A stretch of 64,000 nucleotides of DNA from a virus. Taxonomy: Duplodnaviria > Caudoviricetes. The notes beneath the pieces are model-generated. The model was not told the DNA's origin. It made no database searches and saw only the letters and a list, made by a program, of their open reading frames with translations. Positions 29,855 through 40,395 of the stretch are shown one piece after another. The stretch lies in the IMG/VR virus record IMGVR_UViG_3300021399_000009, positions 44,607-108,606 of that record; one strand, written 5' to 3'. The translations under genes and the position numbers were made by a program. The first letter of the stretch is position 1. Each line of letters opens with the position of its first letter.

Positions 29855-30415
29855 TTAATCCTTCCAATAGTTATGTAAAATCAATCTATCGTTTATTTTA
29901 ATCTTTCCATACATATTGGGATGCTCTCTATAAAAATCCCATATACCACGTTGAATTGCGTGTATGCCATCGAAGTGAGTGAAGTTTTCTATTCTTTTGT
30001 GAAAACGTGCTTCTAATTTTCTTGCTGTCCACCCGTATTCCATGAGGGATGGTGTGTAAGATTCGTGCGTAGCCCAAGGCGTATAACTTGTAGTTTCTCT
30101 AAGGTCATTAGTAAATGTCCACTTGGACAAACTGGTATGCCAAGACAATTCATCATTAAAGCGAACAGCAATTCTTATTGTGTCACCAACAACTCTTATG
30201 TCAGCTATGTCCTCTGCATATAATGCACCTTGATAACGATATGTTCTTTTATACACAATAGGGTCGTAAGTGTTATACCATTTATCAATATAATACTGTA
30301 TATGGTTATACAAACTTTTGGCTAAACGTGCCATAGTTTCATCTAATGTTTCACCATTGGACAGCTTTACTTTTTTGAGAGCTATTCTTGCAAGTTGTTC
30401 TTTAATGCTTGCCAT
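29855..30415 (-). CDS. Tail-module hypothetical protein
   Basis: Y..YDPIVYKRTY motif; upstream of the tape measure. Confidence 0.7.
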   Translation of the reverse strand: MASIKEQLARIALKKVKLSNGETLDETMARLAKSLYNHIQYYIDKWYNTYDPIVYKRTYRYQGALYAEDIADIRVVGDTIRIAVRFNDELSWHTSLSKWTFTNDLRETTSYTPWATHESYTPSLMEYGWTARKLEARFHKRIENFTHFDGIHAIQRGIWDFYREHPNMYGKIKINDRLILHNYWKD

Positions 30416-30953
30416 TAGGCTCACCGCCCTTGGCGTTGTCAATTACAGCTTTAACAAACTTTCTTTTGTCAACTCTGTTAAGTTTGTTAAGAATATCCGA
30501 AGCGTTCTTCAACTGGTCACTCATATCTGTCTTTGCCATATTTACGAGTTCATCACATAACACATCAAACGAAGTTTTTCGAGAACTAAGTCTACTCTGA
30601 ATTACTTCATCTACCGCATTTTCAATATAATAATGAATCTGTGTTGATGCAATATGCTTCATAAGTTCGTTCCACCACTCTGCCTGAGATGCTTTGAACA
30701 ATTCTTCAATTGACATACCATCAAGACTAATGTTGGTAAAGAACTTTACATACGCCCAACGTTTTGCAACTTCTCTATACTCAGGCTTATATTCTCCTTT
30801 ATTATTAAAACAACTGTCAGCAATTGAGTATACACAAGAAGCAAAGCCATCAAGTGTAAGACTATTCTGTACCTCAACACTAACTTTGTTTATCTTTATA
30901 GTTTCGACATCCTTGTTTCGTGAGTTCTTTAAAATATCAAAAATATTAGCCAT
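30402..30953 (-). CDS. Probable tail assembly chaperone
   Basis: Position; AAAGGAG RBS. Confidence 0.55.
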   Translation of the reverse strand: MANIFDILKNSRNKDVETIKINKVSVEVQNSLTLDGFASCVYSIADSCFNNKGEYKPEYREVAKRWAYVKFFTNISLDGMSIEELFKASQAEWWNELMKHIASTQIHYYIENAVDEVIQSRLSSRKTSFDVLCDELVNMAKTDMSDQLKNASDILNKLNRVDKRKFVKAVIDNAKGGEPNGKH

Positions 30954-30968
30954 TATAATTCTCCTTTT

Positions 30969-31469
30969 TTATTTATAAAGATTGATACCTTCGTATTTAT
31001 TCACAGCCCAACAGCCTATATTAATACTATCAGCTATGTCATCATCTTTTTTATTGTCATTAATTTTTAAGTCAATACCAAATATTTTTTCAGCCAATGC
31101 TATGCTTTGCCTTTTTTGCTCTGGTCGCTTACCTTTTATCTTAGCAAAAGATTTCCAAGTAACAGGAGCTACAATATCAAATTGAAAACCTTCTTCGGTA
31201 AATCTTTCCATAGTCATACCACGCAAGCAAGATAGCATACCAAATGTTTTTATATTTCCGCTTGAATAAGCATCCTCCAAAATAACTATATCAGGTTTGT
31301 ATTTATTAACTCTTTCCATAATTAGGTCAACCATTTGTAAAGAACGCCTGTAATCTTTAATTGTTTTATCAGCAGTTATTTTTTCATAGGTTGTGAGTTT
31401 ACCATCAACCCAAACTGATAGGGCTGTGTTTATCGTAGCTTGGTCAACCGAAATTATAATCATTGTCAC
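30969..31469 (-). CDS. RuvC-like Holliday junction resolvase
   Basis: ISVDQAT, VILED, P.TWK, DDDIADSI acidic residues. Confidence 0.85.
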   Translation of the reverse strand: MTMIIISVDQATINTALSVWVDGKLTTYEKITADKTIKDYRRSLQMVDLIMERVNKYKPDIVILEDAYSSGNIKTFGMLSCLRGMTMERFTEEGFQFDIVAPVTWKSFAKIKGKRPEQKRQSIALAEKIFGIDLKINDNKKDDDIADSINIGCWAVNKYEGINLYK

Positions 31470-31531
31470 ACTCCTCCTTTATAAAAAAATAAGGGATAAG
31501 CCAATCGTAATTAACTTACCCCTCTTTCATA

Positions 31532-31840
31532 TTATTCTTCCTCAGAACTTTCTTCTGACTTCTTTTTTACAACCCTTTTAGGTGTTCCTTCGGCTATAAT
31601 ACTTTTAATTCTTGATGCGACTTCGCTTAAACAATCAAGTTCTGTATCTGCCGTTATTCCTATATTTGCAAACATCATTGTTGCTTCTTTTGCGTTAATG
31701 ATTCCCTCACGATACTCTCTTATAATAGTAAGAATTTGGTAATGTCCATGTGAACACGCCACCGCCTTCCAACTACCACGTTCATGACAAGGAGCACAAA
31801 AATCATATTCATTACCACAAATCCAACATTTACGTTTCAA
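31532..31840 (-). CDS. Zinc-finger protein following the major tail gene
   Basis: CWICG...CAPC...CS..H; TTG start. Confidence 0.75.
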   Translation of the reverse strand: MKRKCWICGNEYDFCAPCHERGSWKAVACSHGHYQILTIIREYREGIINAKEATMMFANIGITADTELDCLSEVASRIKSIIAEGTPKRVVKKKSEESSEEE

Positions 31841-31857
31841 TCAAACCACCCCGTCAA

Positions 31858-32694
31858 TTAAACAGTAGGAAGTGTAGGAAATACGATTCTAAAGAGCTGC
31901 TTATTACCATCGCAATAATCCTGCTGTGCAGAGAATGAGAATGGGAATGTATCAGTTCTACCAAAATTATCTGTAACAGAAGCGGAAAGCTGTGCTTTGG
32001 GGAATATGGCGTAACCAGCAATAGCCATATTTGTATCACAAATAGGGTGACAAAGAATTTCAACTACCATTTCCATGTTCTTAGGGAACTTGTCAGCAGA
32101 GTCGAAGATTGCTACACAATCCTCAGAGTTATAGTCATACTGTACAAAAAGCTTATCTCCCTCTGCAATATCTCCCTCTGCAAAAGTAATCTTATGAGTA
32201 GCTGATGTATATGTAAATACTCCTGCTGCTGCCTCTGCACCAAGTTTGAATGTCTTATTTCTTGCACCGTCCTTACCAAGTGTACATACAGTAATTCTGT
32301 ACTCAGGATTTGCAGTTGTACCTTTATTGGCAGCAGAGTATTTAAGCGTATATTCGGTAAAAGTATCACCAGCAGCATACTTCTTTTCCTCGGTAAGAGG
32401 TACGATTACACCATTTCCAGTTGTACCAGTTGTCTTTTCCTCTCCATTAAGCTGCTGAGAGAAAAGGTCAAGATTCCAGAAAGTCTCTGCACCACTGAAC
32501 GAAGCTGTCTTTGCGTTCATCCACTTAGCAATAGGAGTACCCTCTGCATCATTCTTAATTACTTCCTGTGCATCGCACTGGAGAGATGGGTCGTTAACCT
32601 GTCCTGTAATAAAAAGCGGTTCTGCGGTTACGATGTCACGACCCGTAACTCTAATAACCTTATCAACAATAAGCTGAGAAGTTGTAATTGCCAT
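31858..32694 (-). CDS. Major tail tube protein
   Basis: Highly expressed codon style, size, position; strong RBS. Confidence 0.75.
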   Translation of the reverse strand: MAITTSQLIVDKVIRVTGRDIVTAEPLFITGQVNDPSLQCDAQEVIKNDAEGTPIAKWMNAKTASFSGAETFWNLDLFSQQLNGEEKTTGTTGNGVIVPLTEEKKYAAGDTFTEYTLKYSAANKGTTANPEYRITVCTLGKDGARNKTFKLGAEAAAGVFTYTSATHKITFAEGDIAEGDKLFVQYDYNSEDCVAIFDSADKFPKNMEMVVEILCHPICDTNMAIAGYAIFPKAQLSASVTDNFGRTDTFPFSFSAQQDYCDGNKQLFRIVFPTLPTV

Positions 32695-32712
32695 ATTATT
32701 ACCTTCCTTTCT

Positions 32713-33426
32713 TTAGGCTTCTCTAAGCCAATTAAATTCTTTTTTATTTATTTTACTCGTATCAATATTTCCTGAGTACGCACCAATACTTAAATGGTTT
32801 GAATTTTCAATTATATTAATACTTTTAAGAGCGTCATAAAATGCATAGACACTCATATCCCATACTTCATCTAATTTGTATTTAAAATAAGGATGATTAG
32901 TCGCCCTTGAAACAAGAGTTTTAAGTATTGACTTGGGCTTTCTTCTTTTGGCGAGTTCCATTTCTGAATATGCAAGTTCAATCATTTTTTGCTTCGTATA
33001 TTCATTAGCAACTCGTGTATACTGCGGTGGAGAAAGTGCATTTATTATACGAACGCCATCTACTATTTCTTTGTATATTTTCTCATTTATGACAGTATCA
33101 TAAAATCTAAGCTCAAACTTGCCATTATTCTCTATTAACCTAAATTTTGAAAAATCTAAATCACCAAATAATAGCTTCGTTTCTTTAACATCTAATAATT
33201 TATAAAAGACACAAAACAATTGAAAAGATGTAATTTTAGTAAAGTCAATATTAAGCTTGTCCAATTCAGCTATCATATCAAAAGGAGAACTAACTAAAAT
33301 CGCTAACATTCCAGAATATTTTTCTTCACCTAATTCTTCGATTTCACTAAGTTTGGGCTGACGTAAAATAATACCTTTGGCAATTTCGCAATCCCTTCCC
33401 CTTAATGTATGTAAGTTTTCAATCAC
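32713..33426 (-). CDS. Tail assembly/neck-region protein
   Basis: SPbeta-like synteny; GTG start after AAGGAG. Confidence 0.6.
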   Translation of the reverse strand: MIENLHTLRGRDCEIAKGIILRQPKLSEIEELGEEKYSGMLAILVSSPFDMIAELDKLNIDFTKITSFQLFCVFYKLLDVKETKLLFGDLDFSKFRLIENNGKFELRFYDTVINEKIYKEIVDGVRIINALSPPQYTRVANEYTKQKMIELAYSEMELAKRRKPKSILKTLVSRATNHPYFKYKLDEVWDMSVYAFYDALKSINIIENSNHLSIGAYSGNIDTSKINKKEFNWLREA

Positions 33427-33922
33427 TATCACACATCTCCTTATTGAAATCCAGAATCTCAAACTTTACTTCACGACAACGGTATACATCACTCAAATTC
33501 ACTGGTAAATCTGTTATTCTTTGTATTGTACCAATTCCAGCTATATATTTACCATTGAATTTTTGACTAAGAAGCTCTGTTATATGGTCTGTACGAACAG
33601 CAGAATGTCCAGCAGTTTCCATACGTATTACTGATTGATGTGAAACTACATACATATACATCTCGCATACATCATAAACAACTTCATTCTTATATGCATT
33701 AAATCTGTCACACACCGCTTTGATAGCACCTTCAATAAATATATATGTTTTAGCTTCTTCTTGGGTAGGCTCAATAAAATAATAGGGGAATAGTCTAACA
33801 TAAGACAAATCTTCTTCATCTTCGTCTTTATTAATCGCTAATGCGTTTATAATCTGCTTGTCGTTTTGAATCTGTTCTATTAACTTATTTTTTAATGTAG
33901 TGATAATTGAGTCGTTAGCCAT
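33419..33922 (-). CDS. Probable tail terminator/completion protein
   Basis: Position and size. Confidence 0.55.
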   Translation of the reverse strand: MANDSIITTLKNKLIEQIQNDKQIINALAINKDEDEEDLSYVRLFPYYFIEPTQEEAKTYIFIEGAIKAVCDRFNAYKNEVVYDVCEMYMYVVSHQSVIRMETAGHSAVRTDHITELLSQKFNGKYIAGIGTIQRITDLPVNLSDVYRCREVKFEILDFNKEMCDSD

Positions 33923-33924
33923 AA

Positions 33925-34962
33925 TTAAATTCCACCTTTCACACTTATTAGAAGTTCACTTGATTGACTTCCATTGTTGGCGACAAGCTTAAAATTACTG
34001 CCAACGATATTAACATTGCTCTTAACACTAATCTTGCAAGTTTTACTGTCAACTACCATCAGTTCAATATAATCTTGGCATTGTTCTGAAACCAATAAGC
34101 TAAATGTTATACTATCTTCTGTATCAACAGTAAATGTTTTAGTTCTACCTATTCTAATTTCGGGTTTACCAACATATGATATTTCAATTGGACTTGTTGG
34201 CTGTGGTATATTTTCAATATAATCACATAGCATTAAATCAATCCTATCGGTCTGAGGATTAAATTCATGTTCTGTAAATGTAATACGCATGATTCGCATT
34301 TCATTGTACGAATAAGGTACTTTAGACATTGACGTAATTATATATACGTCTGGATGTTTCTTTGAGAAATCTATAAACATTCTTTTGTCACGTTGTAATT
34401 CAACGGTTATATCATCAAGTGACAACCAACTCATTAGCTGAATATATCCAGTCTGAATCCTTTCTCTTGCTGATTCAACACCAGTATTATACTGAGTGGC
34501 ATCCGCAGTATAAGATGGATAGTAATATATTATTCCAGTTTCAGTATCTTGCCATTTTAATGTATAATTACATTCGTGAGCTACAACTTTTGTATATATG
34601 CCATTATTATCAGGCATTGCCATAATGACATATATTTGCCAATTATTTTTGGTGTCCTTAATTTTGATATACTTATAGTCAGCCACCATATCACTAATTC
34701 GTGTTAATAATTGTCTTTTCCAACCCTGTGTATAAGCGTCAAAAGTTTTGTTCTGCACAACAGCTTGTGTTTCAAATTCTGTTTCAAACAATCCTGTTTC
34801 ACCATTAAACTGACCCCTACAAAATATAACTTCTTCTCCAAGCCGAGTTTCAGTTAGGGCTTCGTCAAAACTATCACTAACCCAATTGTCCCATTCTTCA
34901 TTTTCTAAGCCATTATTAATTGTTGGTTGTGGATTAATAAGATACCAATTCTGAGAATCCAT
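33925..34962 (-). CDS. Head closure/neck protein with C-terminal Ig-like domain
   Basis: CNYTLKW motif; beta-rich C-terminus. Confidence 0.55.
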   Translation of the reverse strand: MDSQNWYLINPQPTINNGLENEEWDNWVSDSFDEALTETRLGEEVIFCRGQFNGETGLFETEFETQAVVQNKTFDAYTQGWKRQLLTRISDMVADYKYIKIKDTKNNWQIYVIMAMPDNNGIYTKVVAHECNYTLKWQDTETGIIYYYPSYTADATQYNTGVESARERIQTGYIQLMSWLSLDDITVELQRDKRMFIDFSKKHPDVYIITSMSKVPYSYNEMRIMRITFTEHEFNPQTDRIDLMLCDYIENIPQPTSPIEISYVGKPEIRIGRTKTFTVDTEDSITFSLLVSEQCQDYIELMVVDSKTCKISVKSNVNIVGSNFKLVANNGSQSSELLISVKGGI

Positions 34963-34976
34963 ATTAATCACCCCAA

Positions 34977-35375
34977 TCAATTATTAAATGCGTGAGTTTT
35001 CTGTTTATGAAGGAACTCTTGAACTCGTTGCTGCTGTAATACCAAATCCTTATAAGTTACATTTTTAGAAGCATCGCTACCAGTTAATTGAATATCCTTA
35101 CCTCGAAATCCATTTATCTTTTCTGCTTTTGACAACTCTCTCGTAAGATACTCTTGATACATAAGAAGTCCTAATGTATACACAACAAAGGGTTCGAGCT
35201 TTGAAGCAAACTTAGAACTGTCTACATCATAGCCAAGTTTATCAATGTCAAGTTCATATTGACCCAAAGCAGAGTCAAACCATTCGTCCTCTAAACCCTC
35301 TGGCAAGACCTGTTTTGCCATTGGGAGAGAACGAAATTTTTGGATAACATCAGCTTTTGTCGTTACGTCACCCAA
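34977..35375 (-). CDS. Head-tail adaptor
   Basis: Helical 132 aa, downstream of the capsid gene. Confidence 0.55.
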   Translation of the reverse strand: MGDVTTKADVIQKFRSLPMAKQVLPEGLEDEWFDSALGQYELDIDKLGYDVDSSKFASKLEPFVVYTLGLLMYQEYLTRELSKAEKINGFRGKDIQLTGSDASKNVTYKDLVLQQQRVQEFLHKQKTHAFNN

Positions 35376-35389
35376 CGCAAATCACCACC

Positions 35390-35860
35390 TTAATCTTCGC
35401 TATCGTTAATTGCCATTCCAGTATACTTTTCAACAAATTTAATTTTCTTATAATCGTTAATTTCAAGCTTTTTAATAGACTCAACAAGAAGTTTCTTTTC
35501 AGAAAAGGTTACAGCAAGCTCTGCAATCGCCTGTTCAAACGCCTTGTTTGTTTTGCAAGCAAACGCAGCCTTTATTTTATCTTCACTAATAATAGACTGA
35601 GGCTGTTCTTCTGTTTCAAGACCAACATAAATTCTTGTTTCTTTATCATCTATGTAGATGTATGGATGTGAAGCGTTATAATTTTCTCCACAGAACTGAA
35701 TGTTACCAGACTGAACCTGAGAAATTACTTCTGCTCTATCACAAAGAATTGTAGTTGACGGAGGGAGGTTAATTTCTCCCTGTCCATTAATCCTTCTAAA
35801 TCCAACAGGAAAGCTGGTAATATTTTTAATCTTAATGTTTTCACTCATATCAAGCGACAT
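35390..35860 (-). CDS. Head-associated hypothetical protein
   Basis: AAAGGAGG RBS, follows the MCP. Confidence 0.7.
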   Translation of the reverse strand: MSLDMSENIKIKNITSFPVGFRRINGQGEINLPPSTTILCDRAEVISQVQSGNIQFCGENYNASHPYIYIDDKETRIYVGLETEEQPQSIISEDKIKAAFACKTNKAFEQAIAELAVTFSEKKLLVESIKKLEINDYKKIKFVEKYTGMAINDSED

Positions 35861-35885
35861 TTATTAGTTCCTCCTTTAAATTAAT

Positions 35886-35905
35886 GGGGCGAAATTAATC
35901 GCCCC
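35886..35905 (-). terminator. Hairpin after the major capsid gene
   Basis: GGGGCGA/TCGCCCC. Confidence 0.55.
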
Positions 35906-35925
35906 GTAAATTACACTTTTAAATA

Positions 35926-37014
35926 TTAGCCTGCTGTATCAATAATACCAATCTTGTATTCCTCGCCCTTTGCAACATCAGCAGCAACTTCAAGGTCATA
36001 TCTTGTAAGGAGCTTACCAGTTGTTACATCTGTGCCAGTCATAGAAGTAAGACCACCACGAGTCCAGAGCTGAATAGGAGAATTATTACCTGTAGGAACA
36101 GCAAAGATATATCTATCAGATACAAGCTTCTCAAACCAAGTACCAGCAGCATTAAGCTTGCTAAGGTCATATGCATTATCAAGACCTACAACAGAAGCAC
36201 CCATAATAGAAGAAATATATGCGTTCTTTCTAATTTCCTCCATAGCCTCCTGAGAAATATTAAGATAAGGAGTAGCCTGACCATCAGAATATGTAGCAAT
36301 GTCATTAAGTTTAATAACAGCAGATGTATCACCAAGGAAGCTTACCTTACCAAAAGGACGAGCCTTATTAAGAATACCCTGTACGTTTGTTCTTGTTACG
36401 CCAGAAGCGAAGTTCTTTACATTTGCATTAGTGATAGCTGATATAACTGTGTCAAATGCGTAAGCAGCAGCCTTATTAAGTATATCTGTCTTAATATTCT
36501 CAATAAGAATATTCTCGGCAGACATATCGCCGAACTGTGCCTTACGGTAATCTACTTCATAACCAGCAGCAAGAGAAGTTGTAGGCACAGTGTACTTATC
36601 AGCATAATTGAAGCTGAAAGGAACATCGCCATTAAGAGCCTGTCCTCTTGTATTAACATTCTGTTTGATTATCTTACGCTCAACAGTTTCATCCTGACCA
36701 AGCTGCTCGTAACCTCCAAAGAAACCAAAGAGCTTGATGCTTTCAAGAATATCAGGGTTTACAACAAAAGCTCTGATAGCATTAAGCTCGGAGATAGCTG
36801 TAAGGTCGCCAGACTCGGCACGAGCATTAAGCTCTTTGATTTTGTTTGCACAATCATCACCAACTGCAATACCCTTGCTGTCCTTGATACTACCAACTGA
36901 CTCTCCTTTTACAAGAGCAGAATATGCAGCCACAATAGGTGACTTAGAATTAAGTTCATTGTGAATAGTGTCCTTACGGCAACCATTCATTTCATTAATC
37001 TCATATGTTCTCAT
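35926..37014 (-). CDS. Major capsid protein
   Basis: 362 aa, high-expression codon bias, position after protease/decoration genes. Confidence 0.8.
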   Translation of the reverse strand: MRTYEINEMNGCRKDTIHNELNSKSPIVAAYSALVKGESVGSIKDSKGIAVGDDCANKIKELNARAESGDLTAISELNAIRAFVVNPDILESIKLFGFFGGYEQLGQDETVERKIIKQNVNTRGQALNGDVPFSFNYADKYTVPTTSLAAGYEVDYRKAQFGDMSAENILIENIKTDILNKAAAYAFDTVISAITNANVKNFASGVTRTNVQGILNKARPFGKVSFLGDTSAVIKLNDIATYSDGQATPYLNISQEAMEEIRKNAYISSIMGASVVGLDNAYDLSKLNAAGTWFEKLVSDRYIFAVPTGNNSPIQLWTRGGLTSMTGTDVTTGKLLTRYDLEVAADVAKGEEYKIGIIDTAG

Positions 37015-37042
37015 ATTATTTTACCTTCCTTTCTATTCAAAA

Positions 37043-37492
37043 TTACTCAGCAATCTGTACAAGTACTCTTATACCAGTTGTTGTAAGTGCTGTTACCTTA
37101 AAGCAAACATCACCAGCAGTTGCGGTGTCCTCCTTGAACTTAAAGGTTGTAGCATCAAATGTAAGTGTATCGCCAACGGCTATGTTAGCAAATGTTCCTG
37201 TAACATTCTCCTTTGTAACGTCAAGCTCCATACCTTCCCACTTAGAAAGCTTAAAGAGATTTACATACTCTCCCTGTTTGATAGGATATGTAAGAGCGTA
37301 TACATTATCGCCCTCCTGAGTATTAAGAACAATGTAAAGTTCCTCGCCAGTAGCAGGAGCTTTAGTTACCTTTGAAGCACCTGTATATGTAAGACCAACA
37401 AGAGCACCATTAATCATATCTGCGTGTGCTGTAACATTAGGGTAGCTATCACCGAAATGTTCAATCATCTTCATAGTATGTACCTTTACCAT
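37043..37492 (-). CDS. Capsid decoration/stabilising protein
   Basis: 149 aa beta-rich, between scaffold and MCP. Confidence 0.6.
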   Translation of the reverse strand: MVKVHTMKMIEHFGDSYPNVTAHADMINGALVGLTYTGASKVTKAPATGEELYIVLNTQEGDNVYALTYPIKQGEYVNLFKLSKWEGMELDVTKENVTGTFANIAVGDTLTFDATTFKFKEDTATAGDVCFKVTALTTTGIRVLVQIAE

Positions 37493-37515
37493 AATAAAAC
37501 CTTCCTTTCTTTTAA

Positions 37516-38700
37516 TTAATAAATAGAACCTTTTTCTGTGTTGCCAATTGTAGACTTAGGCTGAAATACTTCGCCGTAAATATCAGCAGCAGAATTAATC
37601 TCTACAACAGGCTCGTCCTTCTTTTCAATGGACTGCTTACCAATACCACGATAGATGGCATCAATTACAGTATTGATTTCAACATTTACGGGGTCAGCAT
37701 TAAACTTTTCAATCTCGTCCTTTGCATATCCCTTCTGTTCCTCTGTGAATCCTGCAATAGCAGAATTAAGTTCGCCAAGTCTCTCCTTTGCCTTTGCTTC
37801 GCCAAGTGCAACTTCTAATGCTCTCTTTTCCTCCCAAGCAGCATCGAGTTCATTTGACTTCTGCTCAATCTCAGCTCTAACTGCATTAAGAGCTGACTGA
37901 ACCTCCTCTACAGAAGCATTAAGCTCTGCAATCTTTGCATCCTTATCTGCGATAGTCTGGTTAAGTTCTGAAATCTTAGCTTCATATTCTGAATTTTTAG
38001 AATTTGTTTCTGATACTGCAACCTTTACGGAATCAGTAATCATAGCAAGTGTCTCTTTATCCATTTTATAAACCTCACTTTCTTTATTATTGCTTGTATT
38101 TAAAGAAGCTGCTTCTAATACAATTGCATTTTTGTCAGCCTCTTTTACACTTAAAATAGCCGTTCCCGAATAGGAATAAACCATAGGCGTTCGATGTTCT
38201 TCTGTGACTTCACCATCGTAAACAATCTGATTATTATTTTCTTCTGTACCCATAAGCTCAATAGATGATTTGACTGTATTGGTTTTTATACTTTCTTTGA
38301 GCCATTTAACAAAATTAGGATAACGTTGGTCAAATAAATACCCTTCTCCTACAAGACATTCACTATCTACACCATCAACATTTACTGTTTCAATCTGTGC
38401 CTTTTCAATTGTTCCAACTACTTCTGAATTTCGGAAGATAGGAATAGGATTTCCATTTTCATCTTCAATTTCATCTGTATAGCCGTGTCCAAGTGGAATT
38501 GTTTTATCTTCATCTGCAAACTCTACACATATTGGCATATTAACAGCGGTAGAAATATTATTTAAAACATATTTCTTTTCCCAATGAAGTCCATTATCTT
38601 GAACATCTTCTGCATTTTCATGAATAGAATGAAGTGCCATCTTAATATATCTTCTACCGCCCTTGGTTCTTTTGCTACCCATTTCAATCACTGTGTTCAT
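37516..38700 (-). CDS. Prohead protease-scaffold fusion
   Basis: PLGHG, SSIE motifs; C-terminal coiled coil. Confidence 0.75.
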   Translation of the reverse strand: MNTVIEMGSKRTKGGRRYIKMALHSIHENAEDVQDNGLHWEKKYVLNNISTAVNMPICVEFADEDKTIPLGHGYTDEIEDENGNPIPIFRNSEVVGTIEKAQIETVNVDGVDSECLVGEGYLFDQRYPNFVKWLKESIKTNTVKSSIELMGTEENNNQIVYDGEVTEEHRTPMVYSYSGTAILSVKEADKNAIVLEAASLNTSNNKESEVYKMDKETLAMITDSVKVAVSETNSKNSEYEAKISELNQTIADKDAKIAELNASVEEVQSALNAVRAEIEQKSNELDAAWEEKRALEVALGEAKAKERLGELNSAIAGFTEEQKGYAKDEIEKFNADPVNVEINTVIDAIYRGIGKQSIEKKDEPVVEINSAADIYGEVFQPKSTIGNTEKGSIY

Positions 38701-38721
38701 TTATTCACCACCTTTCCCCTA

Positions 38722-38750
38722 AAAATAAAAAGAACCACTATATGAGTGGT
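38722..38750 (-). terminator. Terminator after the portal gene
   Basis: ACCACT/AGTGGT plus T-tract. Confidence 0.5.
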
Positions 38751-38755
38751 CTATC

Positions 38756-40378
38756 TCAACTATTAGGTTTGGGCTGTTTGTTTGAGTTGTTAGTTTTGCT
38801 TCTAATGGTATTCTCATTTGTGGGATTATTATTAGTTGGTCTACCGCCCTTGTTCTGACTATCCTTGTTCTGATTGTCAACATCGCTGTTGTTACCAGAT
38901 GTATTAAATGACGTAGCATTAACAGGGTACTTGTCCAAAACACCTTCTTCAAGTTGTTCATCAAGCATAGCAAAATAAACTTCTTTGGATAGACCAGCAC
39001 AGTTTGCAAGATAAGCAAGTGAACCTCTGCCTATTGTAAACAAATCTTTTGCAGTTTCAAAATACTTATCTCTATTTAAGTGCGTTATAGGAAGATAATT
39101 AACTTCTACATCTATATATGACAAACCAAGTATGTTGTAATTAATAACCTTATTTAGCTCTGCTACAATACTTTCAATCCATTCAAATATTTGAGATGTT
39201 ACAAGTTCAAGGTTCGTTTGCTGAGAACTAAATGAAGTCGTACCACTTGCATTAAGAAGCGAAGCGGCAAATCCTAAATCAGTACCAACCTTAGTGTCAA
39301 GATTTGATTCATAATCATTATCGAACAAATCAGTCTTAACATCTATGCTACCTATCTTTGTTCCTGCTGCAACAGAAAAGAACGTAGTGCCATTAACTCC
39401 TTGCTTATTCTGAACCGCACCTTTGACAGCATCGTGTTGTTCTTTTTGCTGTTGTTTGCTTAATGCAGAAGTACCAGCAGTCTTTCCCTCTGGGAATGTT
39501 TGATATATGATTTTATTATTAACATTATCAAGCAAATTCCTTTTTGTGTTTCTAAAATAATCAGAGTAAAGAATATCTTGAATAGCGGCAAGAACTAAGG
39601 GTCTACCCCAAGGCTCGTCCAAGTTAGAAGAAACCTTGTGAACAATAGTTTTGGTATTATCTAAAACATACATCTGATTATTGCTCTTGTCATTTATCCA
39701 CTTATTATAAGCTACCGTGAACTCAGCAGGATATTTTCTCAACTTGTCCTGTGGTGATTCTATTCCGCTTTCAAAATAACTTAAATCAAATGCTACAACA
39801 TAGGAATTGTTTCTTGTTCCTGTTATACGACAATAATCTATTGGCAGCGATTTTATAGCGGCGTTAATCTTTGCCAGTTTTGGTTTTAGTGCATTTACCT
39901 CACTTATGGATTGTGCCTTGAATTTGCTAATAAACTTTTGATTATCAACCTTTGTTTCAGTTGTATCAAGGTAATAAATAGCAATACCATCAATACAACC
40001 TTTGAGAATTGCATCTCGTATAAATTGTTTGTGTTTTATTTTTCGCATCACATAACGTACAATTTCTTTATTAACCTTCGATTTGTTGTCATTTACATAG
40101 CTTGTAATTATATAATCTAAAGAAGGAAGTGCTGATATGTAATCGAGAGTATTTCTTGTAATACCATCACTTGAATACAATCTTCTTGAAATTGTTCTTA
40201 ACTGCTGATTATTTGAATCAAGCATTGGTTCTTGAATCATTTTAATGAGCTGTTCAATATGATAATCGCACAAAATGTTAATATAGTTATTGGTAGTAAC
40301 ATCACTTCTAAACCAATAACTATTCACTTCGTAATTTGACATATCTTTATGTTTGGTTAGTTTATGTATTTTTGCCAT
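38756..40378 (-). CDS. Portal protein
   Basis: 540 aa after the terminase; LR.ISR.LY, SLP.DYC.I, C-terminal GGRP. Confidence 0.85.
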   Translation of the reverse strand: MAKIHKLTKHKDMSNYEVNSYWFRSDVTTNNYINILCDYHIEQLIKMIQEPMLDSNNQQLRTISRRLYSSDGITRNTLDYISALPSLDYIITSYVNDNKSKVNKEIVRYVMRKIKHKQFIRDAILKGCIDGIAIYYLDTTETKVDNQKFISKFKAQSISEVNALKPKLAKINAAIKSLPIDYCRITGTRNNSYVVAFDLSYFESGIESPQDKLRKYPAEFTVAYNKWINDKSNNQMYVLDNTKTIVHKVSSNLDEPWGRPLVLAAIQDILYSDYFRNTKRNLLDNVNNKIIYQTFPEGKTAGTSALSKQQQKEQHDAVKGAVQNKQGVNGTTFFSVAAGTKIGSIDVKTDLFDNDYESNLDTKVGTDLGFAASLLNASGTTSFSSQQTNLELVTSQIFEWIESIVAELNKVINYNILGLSYIDVEVNYLPITHLNRDKYFETAKDLFTIGRGSLAYLANCAGLSKEVYFAMLDEQLEEGVLDKYPVNATSFNTSGNNSDVDNQNKDSQNKGGRPTNNNPTNENTIRSKTNNSNKQPKPNS

Positions 40379-40395
40379 TTGCCCCCTCCTTTCTT

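Noticed and set aside
29855-30953. Programmed frameshift in tail chaperones
   Set aside because: No convincing slippery heptamer at the overlap; the downstream ORF has its own RBS and ATG
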